From positions 32,001 to 96,000 of the forward strand of contig CAXTYC010000015.1 in the NCBI GenBank assembly GCA_964248365.1: DNA of 64,000 nt. The letters are read 5' to 3'. This DNA is from an uncultured Chroococcidiopsis sp. Its GTDB lineage: Bacteria; Cyanobacteriota; Cyanobacteriia; Cyanobacteriales; Chroococcidiopsidaceae. Below the pieces are notes generated by a model. That model saw only the letters and a program-made list of their open reading frames with translations. It was not told the DNA's origin and made no database searches. Shown here in pieces: positions 60,841 through 64,000 of this stretch (position 1 is its first letter; the number at the start of each line of letters is the position of its first letter). The position numbers and the translations under genes are program-made.

Positions 60841-61821
60841 TCAGCGATGTCGGGAGCGGGTGCGGAGTTTATCAATGATTACTGCGATAATGATAACTAG
60901 ACCTTTAACTACTAACTGCCAGAAAAATGACATATTTAGCAAGGTAAGACCATTGTTGAGTGTGGCAATAATCAAAGCTCCTAGCAGTGTACCGAAAATA
61001 GTTCCAACTCCACCAGAGAAACTAGTTCCCCCTAGGATAACAGCAGCGATCGCATCAAGTTCATAACCAGTTCCCAATATACCAGTTGCACTGTAAAGAC
61101 GGCTGGCACTCATAATTCCTGCCAAGCCTGAAAGCAAGCCACTCACACCATAGACAAATAACAACACATAACTTACTTTAATTCCTGTAAGCCTTGCTGC
61201 TCGTGAGTTGCCACCTACTGCATAAATCTGCACTCCAAGTACAGTGCGTCTCAAGATAAACCAGCTTACCAGAACGGTTAACAGGGCAATTACAACCAGC
61301 CAAGGAATTGCACCGAGATAGCTATTACCCACCCAGGCAAAATTCAAGTTAGGATTAATTACCGTCGTGCCATTAGCCAAGAGATAGGCGACACCCCGTA
61401 ATCCTGTAAGCCCACCAAGGGTTACTATGAACGGTGGCAAATCTAGATAGGCTATTAGTATACCGTTAATCAAACCGATAAGTAGTCCTGCTGCCAGGGC
61501 AACTGGTACAGCAAGCCAACTGATTGGAAGTAACGAAATGACAACTGCAATGACTGCGGTTACGGCTAAAATTGACCCAACTGACAGATCAATTCCTCCG
61601 GTTAAAATCACAAATGTCATGCCGCAAGCCAGCACAATATTGATTGATGCTTGTCGGACAACATTAATTAGGTTCCCTACCGAGAGGAAGTTGGGTGTAA
61701 GGATAGAAAATAGGATACAAATTAAGATTAGAATCGGTAGGATGCCTGCAACTTGAAATAGATTACTCCACGATCGCACGAGGGAAGCATGGCGATCGCT
61801 TGTTACCTTGGCAAATTTCAT
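60841..61821 (-). CDS. rbsC: Ribose-type sugar ABC permease
   Basis: GGIDLSVGS, PPFIVTLG, YAVGGN..AARLTGI, YELDAIAAVILGGTS. Confidence 0.85.
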   Translation of the reverse strand: MKFAKVTSDRHASLVRSWSNLFQVAGILPILILICILFSILTPNFLSVGNLINVVRQASINIVLACGMTFVILTGGIDLSVGSILAVTAVIAVVISLLPISWLAVPVALAAGLLIGLINGILIAYLDLPPFIVTLGGLTGLRGVAYLLANGTTVINPNLNFAWVGNSYLGAIPWLVVIALLTVLVSWFILRRTVLGVQIYAVGGNSRAARLTGIKVSYVLLFVYGVSGLLSGLAGIMSASRLYSATGILGTGYELDAIAAVILGGTSFSGGVGTIFGTLLGALIIATLNNGLTLLNMSFFWQLVVKGLVIIIAVIIDKLRTRSRHR

Positions 61822-61932
61822 AATTTTTCTGGTGTTGCAGAGATTATGAAGAATGATGTCACGCAAAGACGCACTCGTCGCTAAGGTGCTAAGGAGAGAA
61901 GAGGCAAAGGTGCTAAGGAGAGAAGAGGATTT

Positions 61933-63444
61933 TTATACCTGTGCTGCTCCTGTTGCCAATGCCATTATGTTCTGGGGGGTAATTTCTTTTCGTGATGATC
62001 CTCCTAGTTCACCAACTAGTCTACCCTCGCGCATGACTAAGACGCGATCGCTCATGCCTACAATTTCGGGCAATTCACTGGAAATCATTAAGATTGCTAC
62101 ACCTTGCCTTGCCAAATTACCAATAATATGATATATTTCTTGTTTAGCTCCAATATCAACTCCCCGCGTTGGCTCATCTAGCAACAGTATTTTAGGATTA
62201 ATTTCTAGCCAGCGCGATAGCAGTAACTTTTGTTGATTGCCTCCTGAAAGATCCATTGCTCTTGTAGATAGGCTTGCCCCACGAATGCTAAACTTTTTCA
62301 CTGCCCCAGCTGCAATCTTACCAATCTGCTGCCAGTTGACAATTCCAGCTTTTGATTCGCGTGGGAACACATTCATAGTAATATTATTACAAGCACTCAT
62401 CTCCAGAAACAATCCTTGCTGTTTGCGGTCTTCTGGGACATAAGCAATTCCAGATGCGATGGCATCAGCAGGACTGAAATTTTTCAGTTTTTGACCTGCT
62501 AGTTTAACTTCACCACTTACGCTTGAGTCTGCACCAAATATCAGACGAGCAAGTTCTGTTCTACCAGCACCAACTAAACCCGCTAGACCAACAATTTCCC
62601 CAGCATGAAGTTGGAAAGATGTAGGTTTAATCTTGCGTCCATCACTCAAATCGGTGACTTCCAGCATGACTGCACCAAGAGTCTTTTGGGCTTTATGTTC
62701 ATAAAAATCTTGTAATGACCGCCCCACCATCATTTGAATCAGTTTGTGTGGGGATTCACCTTGCTCAAGAGTGCCAACGTATTCACCATCGCGCAGCACA
62801 CTAATCCGGTTAGCAAGTAGCAACACTTCTTCCATTCGGTGGCTGATGTAAATTATCGCTATTCCATCATTTTGTAATTTGCGAATTACCTGGAATAATC
62901 TTTCTGTTTCACGTTCACTCAGGGCTGCTGTTGGCTCATCCATAACTAGGATGCGGCTACGATCTTTTAAAGCTCTGGCAATCTCGACTTGCTGCTGTGA
63001 GGCAATCGAGAGAGTTGAAACGAGATCGTCGGGTGCAAAACTAGCTCCCAGGTTTTCGAGAACAACCGCAGCTTGCGATCGCATTCGCTCTCGAGCCAAA
63101 ATTATACCAGCCTGGGCAAGTTCACTACCCATAAATATATTTTCAGCGACGCTGAGATTAGGAGCAAGATTAAGCTCTTGATAAATCAGTGTAATGCCTG
63201 CGCCTCTTGCCTGACTTGGGTTAGTAATATCAACTGCCATCCCATTGATGCAGATTTTACCCTCGTCAGCTGCGATCGCCCCTGCTAGAATTTTCATCAA
63301 TGTACTCTTTCCCGCCCCATTCTCACCCATCAAGGCATGAATTTCACCTGGAAAAATTGTCAAGTTTACATTCTGCAAAGCAGGTACACCATGAAACCTT
63401 TTTGTAATACCCTGCATTTCCAGTATCGGTGTACCTTCTTTCAT
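61933..63444 (-). CDS. rbsA: Sugar ABC ATP-binding protein (two ABC domains)
   Basis: [29 protein letters not shown]. Confidence 0.88.
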   Translation of the reverse strand: MKEGTPILEMQGITKRFHGVPALQNVNLTIFPGEIHALMGENGAGKSTLMKILAGAIAADEGKICINGMAVDITNPSQARGAGITLIYQELNLAPNLSVAENIFMGSELAQAGIILARERMRSQAAVVLENLGASFAPDDLVSTLSIASQQQVEIARALKDRSRILVMDEPTAALSERETERLFQVIRKLQNDGIAIIYISHRMEEVLLLANRISVLRDGEYVGTLEQGESPHKLIQMMVGRSLQDFYEHKAQKTLGAVMLEVTDLSDGRKIKPTSFQLHAGEIVGLAGLVGAGRTELARLIFGADSSVSGEVKLAGQKLKNFSPADAIASGIAYVPEDRKQQGLFLEMSACNNITMNVFPRESKAGIVNWQQIGKIAAGAVKKFSIRGASLSTRAMDLSGGNQQKLLLSRWLEINPKILLLDEPTRGVDIGAKQEIYHIIGNLARQGVAILMISSELPEIVGMSDRVLVMREGRLVGELGGSSRKEITPQNIMALATGAAQV

Positions 63445-63584
63445 CCTTTGTCCTTTATCATTAGGCTTATAAGTCTTTTTTTGTTTCGCGCAAAGGCGCA
63501 AAGCCGCGATCGTTCGGACGCAAAAGGTTCCGCGCTGCGCTCTTTATGCAAGAAGTCTATTCATCCTTTATCCTTCATCCTTTA

Positions 63585-64000
63585 TCATTTACTAGTCCAA
63601 CCTTGATATTCTTTAACATTCTCACGAGTAACAAGTTTTACCGGAATCAAAATTGTAGAAGAGGCAGGTTTGTTGCCTTGCAGGATATCGTTACCAATTT
63701 CAACTGCTCTCACAGCCATTTGAAAGGGGTCTTGAGCGGCTGTAGCAACAAATAAGCTATCTTTAGTTTCAATTGCACTTTTAGCTTCGGGTGCGCCGTC
63801 TACACCAACAATAAAAAATTCGTTACGTTTAGCTTGTTTAGCTGCTAATTCTGCACCGATTCCAGTAGGATCGTTAATAGCAAAAACAGCATCAATTTTG
63901 GGAAATGATGTGAGTAAATCGCTCATTACTCTTAATCCACCGTCACGATTTCCTTCAGCATTTTGATCTCTGGAAAGAACTTTTATCCCTTGATATTTTG
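63585..64000 (-). CDS. Sugar ABC substrate-binding protein (partial, start beyond window)
   Basis: VFAINDP, IVGVDG, TAAQDP. Confidence 0.85.
   Translation of the reverse strand, partial: KYQGIKVLSRDQNAEGNRDGGLRVMSDLLTSFPKIDAVFAINDPTGIGAELAAKQAKRNEFFIVGVDGAPEAKSAIETKDSLFVATAAQDPFQMAVRAVEIGNDILQGNKPASSTILIPVKLVTRENVKEYQGWTSK

Overview
Cyanobacterial chromosomal window, judged from the many HIP1 GCGATCGC sites, STRR heptamer repeats and REP/MITE-like elements. Five blocks. (1) Housekeeping genes at 1-13 kb: DUF389, Na+/H+ antiporter, SelO, rel-patD, narM, PAS-GGDEF-EAL. (2) A five-gene co-oriented cluster at 13.9-23.8 kb: a GAF kinase whose phospho-His is replaced by Asn, a stand-alone A-T-R NRPS-like reductase with a Gly-like pocket, an amino-acid-permease/hybrid His-kinase fusion, a single-domain response regulator and an Sfp-type PPTase. 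This is my best candidate for an undescribed signal-synthesis-and-sensing system. (3) A DNA phosphorothioation island at 27-43 kb: dndCDE, an associated methyltransferase-like gene, two DGQHR/DndB proteins and a PbeABCD-like module interrupted by three Uma2 nucleases and a collapsed hicBA-like pair, just downstream of lexA. (4) argF, tRNA-Thr(UGU) and a purine-catabolism cluster at 45.5-57.3 kb containing a glutamine (glnA) riboswitch. (5) A sorbosone dehydrogenase-family gene, a truncated CpcT/CpeT lyase, a foreign-looking GH5 mannanase and a ribose-type ABC transporter. All calls come from motif recognition by eye; no database searches were run.
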